A DNA stretch of 63,841 nt, filler included, from Klebsormidium nitens (Eukaryota > Plantae > Klebsormidiophyceae): assembly GCA_000708835.1 (NCBI GenBank). It is 5 parts of 5 records of this genome, joined end to end, with 100 filler letters (N's around TTAATTAATTAA, not from the genome) between each part and the next. Parts side by side here need not be neighbours in the genome. Positions count along the whole stretch, not along the records: positions 18,607 to 50,229 come from DF237755.1; positions 50,330 to 61,584 come from DF238132.1; 3 more parts are not named here. One strand, given 5' to 3'. Under the pieces are notes generated by a model, which was given only the letters and a program-made list of their open reading frames with translations, was not told the DNA's origin and did not search any database. Each line of letters starts with the position of its first letter. The first letter of the stretch is position 1. The translations under genes and the position numbers were made by a program. This document shows positions 49,711 through 61,684 of the stretch, in pieces.

Positions 49711-50199
49711 CAGTGTTTCCCCTAATTATTTTGATTGCTGGCCGCCGGGCCGGCCGGGGCCTGAGTTTGCCGGCCCGTTGGGCCGGGCCGAGGTCGCCAT
49801 TGCCGGCCCAAGTCCCGGCAAAATATATGGAATTTCCGGGCGCGCACCCCATATATTCGACTTTTACATTACCTTCATAAGTCTCTAGATTATCTACGTG
49901 TAAAATTAAATTGACCAATTCCTACCTGTCCTACCGAGGGGTTCATTGGGGGATCTTCTGGCCAGAAGTCCCCGGGGGAGGGTTTTTTTCGACAAAAACC
50001 TTAGTATCTCCTGAAATCCTGATCGTTTTGCACACTGAATACGATGACAGGGCCAGCTATGAACTTTCATTGCCGGCCCAAGAGGCCGGCCCGTGACCGG
50101 CAATGCCGGCCGGATGGGCCGGAGGCCGGCCCCCATTGCCGGCCCGGTTTGACCATTGCCGGCCATTTACCAGAGAGTGGGCCGGCAGGGGAAACACTA
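49711..50199. mobile_element. Non-autonomous hAT-like DNA transposon
   Basis: TIRs CAGTGTTTCCCC (49711-49722) and GGGGAAACACTA (50188-50199), with dense subterminal GGCCGG clusters at both ends. No matching 8-bp TSD seen. Confidence 0.6.
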
Positions 50200-51755
50200 C
50201 TGTTAGGGTACTGTTGGGTGTACTGCACTNNNNNNNNNNNNNNNNNNNNNNNNNNNNNNNNNNNNNNNNNNNNTTAATTAATTAANNNNNNNNNNNNNNN
50301 NNNNNNNNNNNNNNNNNNNNNNNNNNNNNTAATTTGAATTCAAAACTCCGAGTTGTGACCGTCGCCGTCCTGCGATGGGTCAAACATCAAGGAGAGGTCA
50401 CCGGTGCCCTGGTGGAGCTTCCTGCCCTGGCTGAAGGCTGAGGGCGCTTCTCGATTACAGTACTAGCATCGGGGTAAGATTCATGTTGAACCTGCATTCA
50501 CGGCATTCATCGCACGGCTTGGACGAATGAGAGTAAGATAAGCAAGGAGGACAGAGCATCCTACAGGAGCCCCAAAAGTGCAGTCGCCAATCTGGTGAGG
50601 TGAGAATGACCTTTAGACTCTTTCTGTGTCAAATTGGATTGTCTTTTGTAGTGAGTGTCTGAGTTTGCCCCGGGCCGATGTCACAGAAGGAGACATTCTG
50701 AAGGGATGATATGAGCTGAGCAGAGTGTGGTCTGCTTCAGTGGCAAAAATTAGTGGTAGAAGGCGCAGGCAGATATTGTGCCCTTCCTTTGCGAGCCTGC
50801 ATGCGTTGTGCCAGCCTCAGGTGCATTGGCTAGCAAGCTTGATTCTTCAGGCTGTGCTGTCTATCACCTAAGTTGGGGGTGGATCTGGAGTAGGATTGCC
50901 TGATGCTAAAGGACAGAACAGCGGGCACTGGAGCCCTGTGCAATCATTGATGCACAGTCTGGCGGGGCTGAAGCCCCTTGAGTTTTCTTGAGAGGATATA
51001 GCGACTGAGTGCGCCAAAACTAGAGCACTTGTTGGACTCCTCATCAAACACGGCTTTTGCATGCTTTGGCTGCAGTTGTCCAGGCGCAATAAAGCTTGTT
51101 TACGCAAAGTGGCCGCTAGAACATTTAGCAGCTCGAGCTGCAATCTGTTGAAACCTTTTCATGGTTGGTCATCGCACAAGTTCTGCTCTTTTCACAGACA
51201 TCACTTGCGATCGACTCTCCTTGACCTGCAAATGTTCCTCCCCATCGAGCAAAGGACTTAAGCAATCAGTCTGCAGAATCTTCTTGCTGTGGAAGCAATT
51301 GTTATTTTGTAGCGGCAATACTTGTCAAAGATCACTTTTGATCCTGTCAGCTGTCCCTAGGGGAGGTGCCTAAGCTTTGCTGGAACACAAGGTAGTAGAT
51401 GTGTCGCAGGCTGGCGGATTTGCAAATGTCATGCGCTAACTGATCTGGTGTTGTCGCATCCTGACTGGTCTGGCTTGGCATTGCAGCCACTCAAGATGGT
51501 CAAAAGGGTTACTCATTTGTGGGCTGGGCTTGTATTATGAGGGTGTCGGTCCTAGCTGCAAGCTTCCTGGCCCCTTGGGTCCTGCTCCCTTGGGCCCTGC
51601 TCCTTTGGCTCCTGCTTCCTGGCCCCTTGATCCTGCTCCGTAATTGTTGCTGTTGGGTTGCTGCTTAGGACATGAGAAGGAGCTTGTGTGCATATCAAGG
51701 AAGTTGAACTTTGGAAAGAAGAGAAAGAACTCAGAGGCCTTGTCAAACTCCAGGC

Positions 51756-54262
51756 ATGGAGGAACAGGAGTATGCTATCGAACAAGGGGAGGAGGAGGAG
51801 GAGGAGGAGCAGACGCTGCTTCATGGACCTTGTCCCCTTGAGCAACTGGAAGTGAGTGTATCGACTGAACCTTGCAAGCTTTTGAACCAATTGCTTGATG
51901 CTGAACCTGTGCGATAGCATCACATCTTTGTTCGAGAGGCTCAAATGCTTGTTTGAGATGGCACTGAACATCTCTTCCTTGATGCAGCAACTTGGGATAG
52001 CATCTGCAGACATCAAGAAATTACGAGAGGGAGGAATACATTCCGTTGAAGGTGTTTCATACTCCACACGGAGCCAGTTGCAGAAGATCAGGGGCATAAG
52101 CGAAGCAAAAGTAGAAAAGATTCTGGAAGCTGGTAAGTATTCGAGGCCTTGAGTTGCTGAAAGCTTGGTTGCTGACATTATCATTACAAAAGCTTTTCTA
52201 TGCCTTCAAGAGAAGACAGCATACTGCATGTCCCATAACCAGTCGGCGTGAGGCCATGGAAAGAGTCAATGGGCAGTCAATCCAACTTCTGGATGAAAGC
52301 TGAGGTGCTCATATCCTGCTGATGTCTTCCCAGCTGGAAAGCTTGTGCCCCTTTCCTTTACGAGTGCAACCACAATCAACGAGCAAAGGAGCGAACTGAT
52401 CCAGATCACAACAGGATCAAAAGACCTTGATAGGGTCTTGGGAGGTATGGCTCCTCTTTCTTGTTTTTGAATGGTGCTTGCATGAAACAGTGACGGTTGT
52501 GAAACTTGAAAAGTGCAGTTCCTTGATGGCATTCTATTTCGTTTGCATCTTATCATCCTTTTTATAGAATTCTTGGATGCCCTCCCTAACATTGCACAGG
52601 AGAAGGGGCACATGAAACCTGGTAATGTGTGGGACATCGTTTCGAATATAGCCCACTTTTTGAGGAGACGAGGATGCTGATGCTATGTTTTACTGGGGTT
52701 GTCTGCAGGAGGCTTCGAGTCTGGATCAATCACAGAACTTTATGGCGAATTTCGCACCGGCAAAACTCAATTGCTGCACACTATATGTGTAACTTGCCAG
52801 GCAAGCCCTCGTAACCATTTTGGCCGAAAGTATTGCAACGGCCAAGAAGAGTGGAAAGCAAGTAGTGTGTGACAAATTGTATCCTTGCAAGATGTGATGC
52901 AGGATTGACCGAACAAGCATCTTCTGATGTGTCTTGTGGCAAGATGGAAGCATCATCTACAATATGGGATATGGTTGTTTCGTTTCAGTTGCCACTGGAC
53001 CAGGGGGGAGGCGAAGGCAAAGCTCTCTACATTGATACAGAAGGAACCTTTCGGCCCCAGAGACTGTTGCAGATAGCAGAACGGTGAGATCCAGATCTGC
53101 TGTCTGGTTGCCGGGAAGCACGAGTCGGCCATGGTGATCTGTTACCGTGCCCTTTTGATGCTTTTAAGGCGTCCCTTGCATGTTTAGCGGGCCTTGATGA
53201 GTCCCTTCGTAATGTCCCTTGAATATGCCTGCAGGTATGGGCTGAACGGAGCCGACGTCCTTGACAATGTTGCATATGCACGCGCATACAACACGGACCA
53301 TCAAATGAAGCTGCTCTATGAAGCAGCTTCTATGATGTCTGAGAGCAGGTAAGGTCTCCCTGAATGTGGCACTGCTTGAATAGGTGATCCCTTAGCACGT
53401 GTCTTGAGATGCTCAATTCGGACACGAGGCTTTGAAAGCTCCAAGTGTTGGACGTGGCAGGCTTTGAGAATCTTTGACGCCTTTTGCTGATGTCAATCTC
53501 GGGTGCAGGTTCGCTGTTTTGGTGGTCGACAGTGCCACGGCCCTATATCGAACGGAGTTCTTTGGACGGGGCGAGCTATCCGCCCGACAGATGCACTTGG
53601 GCCGCTTCCTGCGAGCATTGCAGAAGCTTGCGGATGAGGTGAGAAAGGTCACTGTTGGGAGCTTTGAAAAGTCACCGCACTTGAGGTCTACCAGACCTGA
53701 TAGAGAAGCGCCAGCCTTTCTGCTCGAATCAACCTGAAGGGAAGGACCGAATGGTGTCGATTTCGTGACCATCTCTTCGACTTTAACGGATCCTCTGGAC
53801 GCTTTGATCGTAAGCCTCGCACCCAGGCCTTGAGCAGCTCCAGAGCTATGTCAGGAAGCGAAACGCACCTAAACTACATCCAATCTTGGCCCTGCAGTTT
53901 GGCATAGCGGTGGTTATGTCCAACCAGGTAGTGGCCCAGGTGGATGGGGGAAACATGTTCGCGGGACCACAAGTCAAGGCGATCGGGGGCAACATCATAG
54001 CACATGCCTCGACCACAAGGTGAGGACTTCAGCACGTCTTGAACGCAGTCAATGGTAGTCGCAGCTTGTTGGCAGCATCATGGAAGACGTCACCTTGGAG
54101 CTGGTTATCAAAAGATCAACCTGCCCCTATTACTGCAGGTTAGCTTTGAGAAAGGGAAGAGGCGATGAGCGTGTTGCTAAGGTCGTCTGTTCCCCATCCA
54201 TGCCGGAAGCGGACGGAAGATTCATCATTACCAACGATGGGGTTTCAGATGCGAAGGACTAG
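51756..54262 (+). CDS. RAD51: RAD51 recombinase (divergent), 9 exons
   Basis: [28 protein letters not shown], Walker [44 protein letters not shown], Walker [35 protein letters not shown]; stop TAG at 54260-54262. Confidence 0.95.
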
Positions 54263-56215
54263 AAATTGCACTACCTGCAGTTTCAAAACGATGTCCGCCG
54301 TTGTGGATCATGGACGCTTTGATGAAGCTTGCTAGGACATTATATCGATGAAGGACCTCGAGGTGCTTAAAGATTTTGTGCGTCGGTTACTTCCAATCTG
54401 ATTGTCACGACAATCTGAATTCTTGTCATTTCCGAGGATAAGTACGTCTAAGTAGAGTTCTTACCCGTGCTTAAGCATTTGAAGAGCCCAGAGATTGCCA
54501 ATCTGGGTACAACATAGTGAGGCACGTCCGCCGGACCAGAGGAGGAATAATGAATTGTCAATCTCCTCGCAGTCAGAGTGTGAATCAGAGTGCAGGGATG
54601 GGACATGATACATGCCATTTTTGGTGACTGTGTCTCCGAGGATGACTAACTTCTTGAGTTCAAGTTGATATAAGCACTCGGTAACTATTATGGATCACGT
54701 GCGTTATCATGCGCATTCAGGTGAATCTTTGGACTCAATCTTGAACTCCGGCACCTGGATGATCATCGTCGCCGATGTTAGTGCCTTCCGACTACTGCTC
54801 TATTCACATCCGTAGCTTGAAGCTACGCAGTCAACGTGGCAATGCGAAACATGTCGACTATGTGCTTTAACCTTCTACGTGCTACTAGCAACAAAGGTTT
54901 CAAAACGAATATAAATTTGCCTCCTTGAAGTTGTATAGCTTGCTCGCAGAAGTATCTGGGGTTCAATGTGGCCGGGCATGCAGAGTGTAAGATCCAGAAT
55001 TGACATCAGTCATGACATGACTTTCACTTAAATCTTGAGCCTCGACTATACAAAACTAGCTTTCGACATCGGACATCCGACCGGCATGGTTTACCGCTTC
55101 CGACATTAGGCAGCAATGAATGATACTCATGCCCACGCGCGACCGCCCGGGCAGATCGCGTGCATGGCGGCACCCTAGGCTGGGATCGACTTATCGGCCT
55201 GGCACCTCTCATAGCACAAGCTTGCAGACTGAGACCCTCCGCGGCAATTGCACTTGCCGCACTGAACCTGAAAAAATTGGGCTCATGCACGGTGCATATA
55301 TATGCTGCACTGCCGTACGCGGTATTGCCCAATTGTAGCCGCACTACGCATGACGGTAAATGCAAGGCACTGGTAATTACATGCGCCGGCCGGCTAGCTG
55401 TAGTCTGCAAAATGTGCACGATCGAAGGGCCGGGCAGCATTCTTGTACGTGACCGTGACAGGGAAGTCGTACTATACCCCGAATGATACATAGACCATGT
55501 CCAATGCACATACCGTGCGCTGTTCCGCGGCCGTATATATTGGAGATGTATATGGACGGCCGCGCTGTACTAGTGCCAATGTGTGCTAGTCTGCAAGCAC
55601 CGCGCGAGGCCCATAAGCTTGAAACTCGAGGCTGATACCTTGCATGCGATTGACGAGCAGATCGCGCGATCGGTGTAGGTACGTGCCACGAGCGACCGGT
55701 GGCCTCGCCGTTCCCATGTCCAATGGCACACAATGTGTCCCTCGGGCTCGAGCCTGGGAAGTACATGGAACGAGAGGCCGCTTTAGTCCAGACCCTAGTT
55801 GCGACTTCGCAATGGCATGGCGGGCTGCGCTATAGCTCCTGTGCATAACATGCCGACAACAAGAAGCTCATTTTCACAGTGAAGCGCTCATGGAAGTCGT
55901 CATGCACTTCAACAGATATTAGGGACATCAAGCCAGGGGTGCTGGCTGCTAGGCCTCACAAGAAATTCTTATTCCTTGAGTAGAAAGATAACCAGCCGTC
56001 AACCTAATGAACAGGGGCATGTTGGTCAAACTTGCACCTCACCTACGCACTTCGATCTCCCTATTTCTAAACTCTACAGCGACGACTCAGTTCCTGCTCG
56101 AAGCGAAGCACCTACTCTAAACTGTAGCCCTTTGCATCAACCAACTCCCAACGCTCGGGTAGAATACATAAGCTATTCGAGGTGCTACACTAAGCAACGC
56201 TTGCTTACCGACAGG

Positions 56216-59200
56216 CTAGAGGATCTTTCTCTTTCGAAGGTAGAAGAAGAGGACGAAGAACAGTGCGAATCCCCCGAAAACAATGCCGCCAGCCGTTATC
56301 CAAAAGGCATGCTGCAAACAAAACGGACGACAGGCTCAGCTTATGCGTCAGTCAAGCGGAGATATACGGGGCAATAACTGGCATCAACGCATGGCGCACG
56401 TACTAACGCTTGAGACGTAACGAGGCAGGAGCGATTGCACACAGATTCCATTACGAGGAGTGCTGAAGCCAACGGTAGCTTGCAGCTGCGCCGGGCGCAT
56501 GGCCGGCGGCGCAAGCCGGGTGCCGGTTCACCTTTTGCGTTTCCAGGTAGGACGTCAGGTTCATGCCGAAGATGCCGGCCACCATGGCGCCCACCGCGCA
56601 CGCGAACGTGCCGATGGCCAGCAGCAGCTCCAGCCGGTTCACCTCCAGCCGCCGTGAACTGCCGCCCGGATCAAGCCACGGACACCACGATCAGACGGCA
56701 AGCCCGACAAGGAATCCGAACCGTAAAAGCGTACTGAAAAAACGGGGCGCCAGCTCAAGGAGCAGTCGCGATGACGGCACGCGACTGACAACCCAGGACG
56801 ATGGAGTCGACTGGAAACACCGCACCGTTTTAACTGCCATGAAGCAGCGGATGCGCACACGCGTGATGCTGTGCGGCGATGTGGGGCGGCGCACCTGAGG
56901 TTGACCGCGATGGAGTCCTCCATCTCCTTGGCGGAGTCGAGCAGCTTCTCGGCCTGGCCGTGGCAGCTGTCGCAGCGCTGCAGGTAGTACTCCAGCAGCG
57001 TCTCCACCTCCTCCTCCTCCTCCTCCGCCTCCGCCTCGTCGAACGCGGGGTCGCACTCCAGCACGCCGGCCGCGCGGTGGCTGCGGCACAGCCGCCCCAT
57101 GGCCGTCATGCGCCGGATGCGGTCGCTGTCCTCCAGCAGCTCCAGCAGCATCTGCCGCAGCGCGCCCGCCTTGCTGCCCAGCTCCACCTGACAGCCAGCC
57201 GCGAGCAGCAGCTCAGCCACAGAACGCACGATGGAGCAGGAACGCATAGCAGGGAAGGAATGCCCTCAATGTCCGCAAAGCAAGACAGGCCCCTAGAGAA
57301 TCTTGAGCGTCATGAAAACTCTGCGGACATGCCAGTCCCCCGCTTTGGGCACTGGCTGACTATCCATATTAGCAAGGTTCTGGCTGCCGATTCTCGCTAT
57401 CACGGACTCGTTCGCTAAAGAAGGCTGCAAACGAGCCGTTCGCATGCCGGTCAGGCGATAGCCTTGACGACCGAGCGACGATTGTCAGCGAGGCTGCGAG
57501 CCCTGCCCGTCGGTCCTGGGCGGCGTGCGGTGTGCCTCACCAGGGCCTGCTTGGCGAGGCGCAGCTCCTCGAGCGCGTCTGCGGTGAGCTTGTTGGGCAG
57601 CAGCTCCAGGAGCATGGCCACGCGCGGCTCCACCTCCATCAGCGCGGCCTCCAGCCGCGTCGTGCGGCTGATGAGCGCCGCCTCCACCACCTCCAGCTGC
57701 ATACGGGATCAGAAAATCAGCTGTTTTAAGCGACCAACACAGAGTGGGAAAGAGCCCTTTACTTCGAAAACGTCAGCAAAGAGGATCCCGAATTCCTCAC
57801 ATACAAATCAATCAGAAACACTGATTGAAATCTCGGACAGTCCGACCTGTCAAAACGAAGCTTCTGATTTCTTCCGCAACTGCATGTGGCAGCGCCTGGC
57901 TGGCATGAATCGTTCGAAGCCTGTCGCTCGGAGGTGTGGAGGGTCTGAGGAGCCTGGCTTACTCCCCCCCCGCCAGAATGCGTTACACTGCTGATGATAT
58001 GCATGAAAGCTACTCAGTGAGTTGAAGAGCAAGGCACATAAGCTGGCCGCACAAAACCAGCAAATCTGACCGTCATGACGTCGTCACGAAGGAACGCCAA
58101 ATCACCTCGAAGGGGATGGGCAACCCGCCCTGCGAATGGGAGGCGGCCAGCCGCGCCGTGAACACCTCCAAGAAAGCCGCGGCTCCAACACTGGACACAA
58201 GAAAACCAGAGGTTCGGAGGTCGGCCCCTGGAAGTGACCCCGCGGAAGGCCCCATTGATTCCCAATAAGGTGTGAGCACAAGATCTGTAAGGGAGAATAT
58301 CCCACTGAACGGCATTCCCAGGGAGGCCACCCAGTGCCCCCCAGTGTGTGCAGCACGAGTGGCGCGGGCGCGCACCTGGTGTGGTCAAAGACAAGGCAGT
58401 GCTCCGGAGTAGCAATGGCCCGCAGGCTGCCCAGGTTCAACAAGATGGCCTGGTTGCGGACCTGCAACAGAAAAGCAGCGGCGCTCACACGGACGGAAAA
58501 GCGGCCAGCGAGAGGTCCGCACAGAGGCCCTGGTACGCAGCGCAATGAAGACAGGTGGAGGATGGAAAACCCGCTTACGACAACAACAATGACTGCAGCC
58601 TACACCGAACTCAAAAGAAGTGAGTGATGAGACTCCGCACTCAGAACCATCCAAGACGCCACAACAGTAGAGGGGTGCGTGCTGGGCAACTGAGTCTCAG
58701 CGAATCGCTGGCTTACCAGTATGGCAGGCAAGGAGTTGGTCACCCACAACAAGGGATCTATTCGTCGCACATCCCGCGGACGCAACCCTGGCCACAAAAC
58801 AAAGGCGCAGTGAGAGAACTGCTCTGCCAAAAGGTGACTGCAAAAGTACACTCCTTTAAGTTCCTGACGAAACATGTCTGCACTTTCAAAGCTAGCCCAT
58901 GCGAAGAGGAGAACTGATTCCTTGCAGCCTGCATACCTGTGCTTCTGAGAAGCTGCCGCCTGCTTATGTCGCGTGTCTTCAATTTCCCAGCGCTGTTAAT
59001 CTCCAAAACCTGGATGCACAACCAGAGCGGGGCCTGAGTGAAGCTCATAAGTGACCGGAGTAGAGCACTTACTCCCCCACCATCCTGCCACTGAAAGAGA
59101 CATCCATATTTAAAAGAATGCAAGCTGACGAGGCCACCACCAGATTGCAGCAGCAGCTTGTATATCGACCCCACAAACACCAGCTGAACCGACAGGGTTG

Positions 59201-59796
59201 TGGCGGCGCCGCAATCAGCCGAGTGGGGAACATGTTCGTCAGCCGCAAGGGCATTCGAGCACAACTAAAGCGCCAGAACCAACAGGACGATGCACCTGGT
59301 ATCCAAGCTCTTTCGCCGAAGAGGTCCCCTCCAAGAAATCACTGTGCTGACCGTTGCCTCTTCCATTCTCGCTCAAAGTGCTTTCGTCTTCACTCTCTCC
59401 AAGATAGCTTGTGGAGGTCAGATTGCAGTCGTCCTTGACAAATTGAGCAATCCGTTCCCTCGCCGCCGGAGTGAGCTCGTCCAGGTCTTGAACAGACCGC
59501 GGCCGTGACCGCACGCGCGTCACTTCCAACGCCTCCGAATCCTCATCATCATCGTCGGAAGCTAGGGCCCCTAGGCTGCCGGAGAATGCCCGCGGCTGTG
59601 ACCTTCGCAGTCCAATGGGCACCTCACGAGCGCATCCAACATCCGAGTGCTTTTTCCGTACCCATGGCAAATTAGGACGAAGTTTGCATTGCAAACGGAA
59701 TGCAAGGGCTGGCCTTGCACTTTGACATGGAGCCCAATCTTGTCGGATGAAAGGTGTCAGAGTCGTACCCCGACATAGTGTACAGCAGCTCGTCAT
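56216..59796 (-). CDS. MRS2-11: CorA/MRS2 magnesium transporter, plastid-type MRS2-11/MGT10 group
   Basis: Transit-peptide-like N-terminus; SRRQLLRS, LRPRDVRRIDP, AILLNLGSLRAIA, LEELRLAKQALVELGSKAGALRQMLLELLED, YLQRCDSCHGQAEKLLDSAKEMEDSIAVNLSSRRLEV, GIFGMN signature, and last exon HAFWITAGGIV..YLRKRKIL* (stop at 56218-56216). Confidence 0.93.
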
Positions 59797-60263
59797 GATG
59801 AGACTCGTTGCAGTTGCCGTCACTTCCTAATCACTGATGCAACCTCGAAAAGGTGGACGGGTTCTGGTCAGCAGCGGCATGGCCCTGCTGAAGCCCAATG
59901 GAAAACAGAACCCTCAGCAAGTCACGGGTTGCCACCCATTGACCGGCCCATTGCTCAGCAATCTGTTTCAAGATGTAGTAGTCCCGTGTGGCCGGCAGCT
60001 GCGCCATGCAGCTGCTGGACTGGGGCAGCTCTGCCAACAGGCTGCAGCTTGGTCTGGACAGACGCCGCTGCGCCACTGAGCTCGCTCCATGCACCGAGGC
60101 AAGAGGCGTGACGGTGCATTGAAACTCCGAGTCCAACAAGCAGCCGAACTTTTCTTGGAAAAACGGATGCGGACATCGTTAAACTGGGCACTTTTGAACA
60201 TCACCGGGAGCCTTCCCAACACTGAAAACCTATAATTAAGAATGTATGCCCGAGCCGTTGGCG

Positions 60264-61240
60264 TTAACCCTTTAACAGCGGCTGTTGCCTTTTGTTGCCT
60301 TTGGTAACACCACCGCTAGAAACGTGTGCTAGAGCCCTCAAAAAAAGCCGGATAACCGTGGATCTTGAAGATAGTGTGTCAAAGACCCAAAATAAAAATA
60401 TAAAAAAAAAGATTCGAAAATATTTCGGGGGGTTCGGGCCCCATAGTAACCGGGACCCCCACTACGCCTTGTTGCCCTAAGCAACATGACTCGGCTGATA
60501 ACAACCGGGCAACAGCGAGGCGCGATCAAGCCGGAGGTCCAGGGGTTTACTGCCAAGGGTCCCGGCCCCCCCCCGGTGCATGGTGGAGGTTGGGTGTCGC
60601 TGGTGACGTCATGCTTTAGGTTGTTGCCATGTGGCAGTCATCGCAACACAGGGCAACAATCTGGACTACATCTCAACCGTTGTGCATGGCAGGTGACCAG
60701 ATGGCAAAAGAGCAAAAACGGGGCCCTCGCGGCCACTCTACGGGCAGTCGAGGGGGAGCCTGCAGGTGCAGGCCTCCGTTATCTTGCTGCCTTTTTACCA
60801 GGCAAAATGGTCAAAAGGGCAACAATAGAAATGGGGCCTGAAAGGCAACAGACTGGCTGCAGACTCGATTACTTAGCAACCCAGGGAAGCAACAGAGAGG
60901 CCCCGTTTCTGCAGAGCTTGCAAGTGAGGCGAAAGCGGCGCGGCGCGCCAGCCGCCCGGCTGGTGATTTGGCTAAAATAGACTAATATTTAGCAACACAT
61001 ATGTTTTTGGGGCCGGCAACGCCTGGCTCAGCCTGGTTACCACTACTGGCAACAGGGTTGAAAGGAAAGCAACACTGGCAATATTAGGCTACGAAAACCC
61101 CGTATGGGGTCCTATAAGCGAGAAAGGCAACATACATAGCATATTAGTCGGACCCAATACCTATGTAGTGGTATGTTGCTCTTATATTGAGGTGTTGCTT
61201 CCCCACAGCGACTGGCAGGGGCAACAGCAGCAACAGGGCA
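60264..61240. mobile_element. Putative DNA-transposon end (TTAA-CCC terminus) with arrays of GCAAC motifs
   Basis: TTAA at 60264-60267 followed by CCCTTTAACAGCGG; more than 15 copies of (G/A)GCAAC/GTTGC in both orientations over ~1 kb. The other end is not visible before the gap. Confidence 0.45.
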
Positions 61241-61684
61241 ATGGGGCCTTGCAAAGCTTGGCAAAGGTAGACCTGTTGAGTGCATTCAACACTCTAACTG
61301 AGAGGCCTCGTAGAAGCAAGTTACCGTAGGCCCGCAGGCATCCCAGGCAGCCGTGGTTGGAAGCTCCGGACCTCGGAGTCCGAATGCTTCAAACCGTGAT
61401 CGACCGGCGCGCCGGACCGTCAAATTTTATGACAGACGCCGTCCGATCGCGTCTTTTTTCCAGTAAAAGGCGCAGAGGCGCAGCACTACATTGACCATCC
61501 CGTTGTCAAAAAGCGCACTTTAACTAGGTACATTTCGGGGTCCCGAACTTTCCGCTGGCTGGGGCTGGCACCGTCCGATGAGTGNNNNNNNNNNNNNNNN
61601 NNNNNNNNNNNNNNNNNNNNNNNNNNNNTTAATTAATTAANNNNNNNNNNNNNNNNNNNNNNNNNNNNNNNNNNNNNNNNNNNN

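Noticed and set aside
50330-51750. Possible additional gene upstream of RAD51 (15-bp CCTGCTCC-type repeats near 51563-51640)
   Set aside because: I could not build a frame-consistent exon model or recognise a domain; left unannotated.
51756-54262. DMC1 assignment for the recombinase
   Set aside because: [25 protein letters not shown] and [13 protein letters not shown] are RAD51-type rather than DMC1-type.
56639-57994. Plus-strand ORFs of 170-180 aa and alternative-frame ORFs (also 48123-48554)
   Set aside because: Antisense or alternative-frame shadows of GC-rich MRS2 and bestrophin exons.
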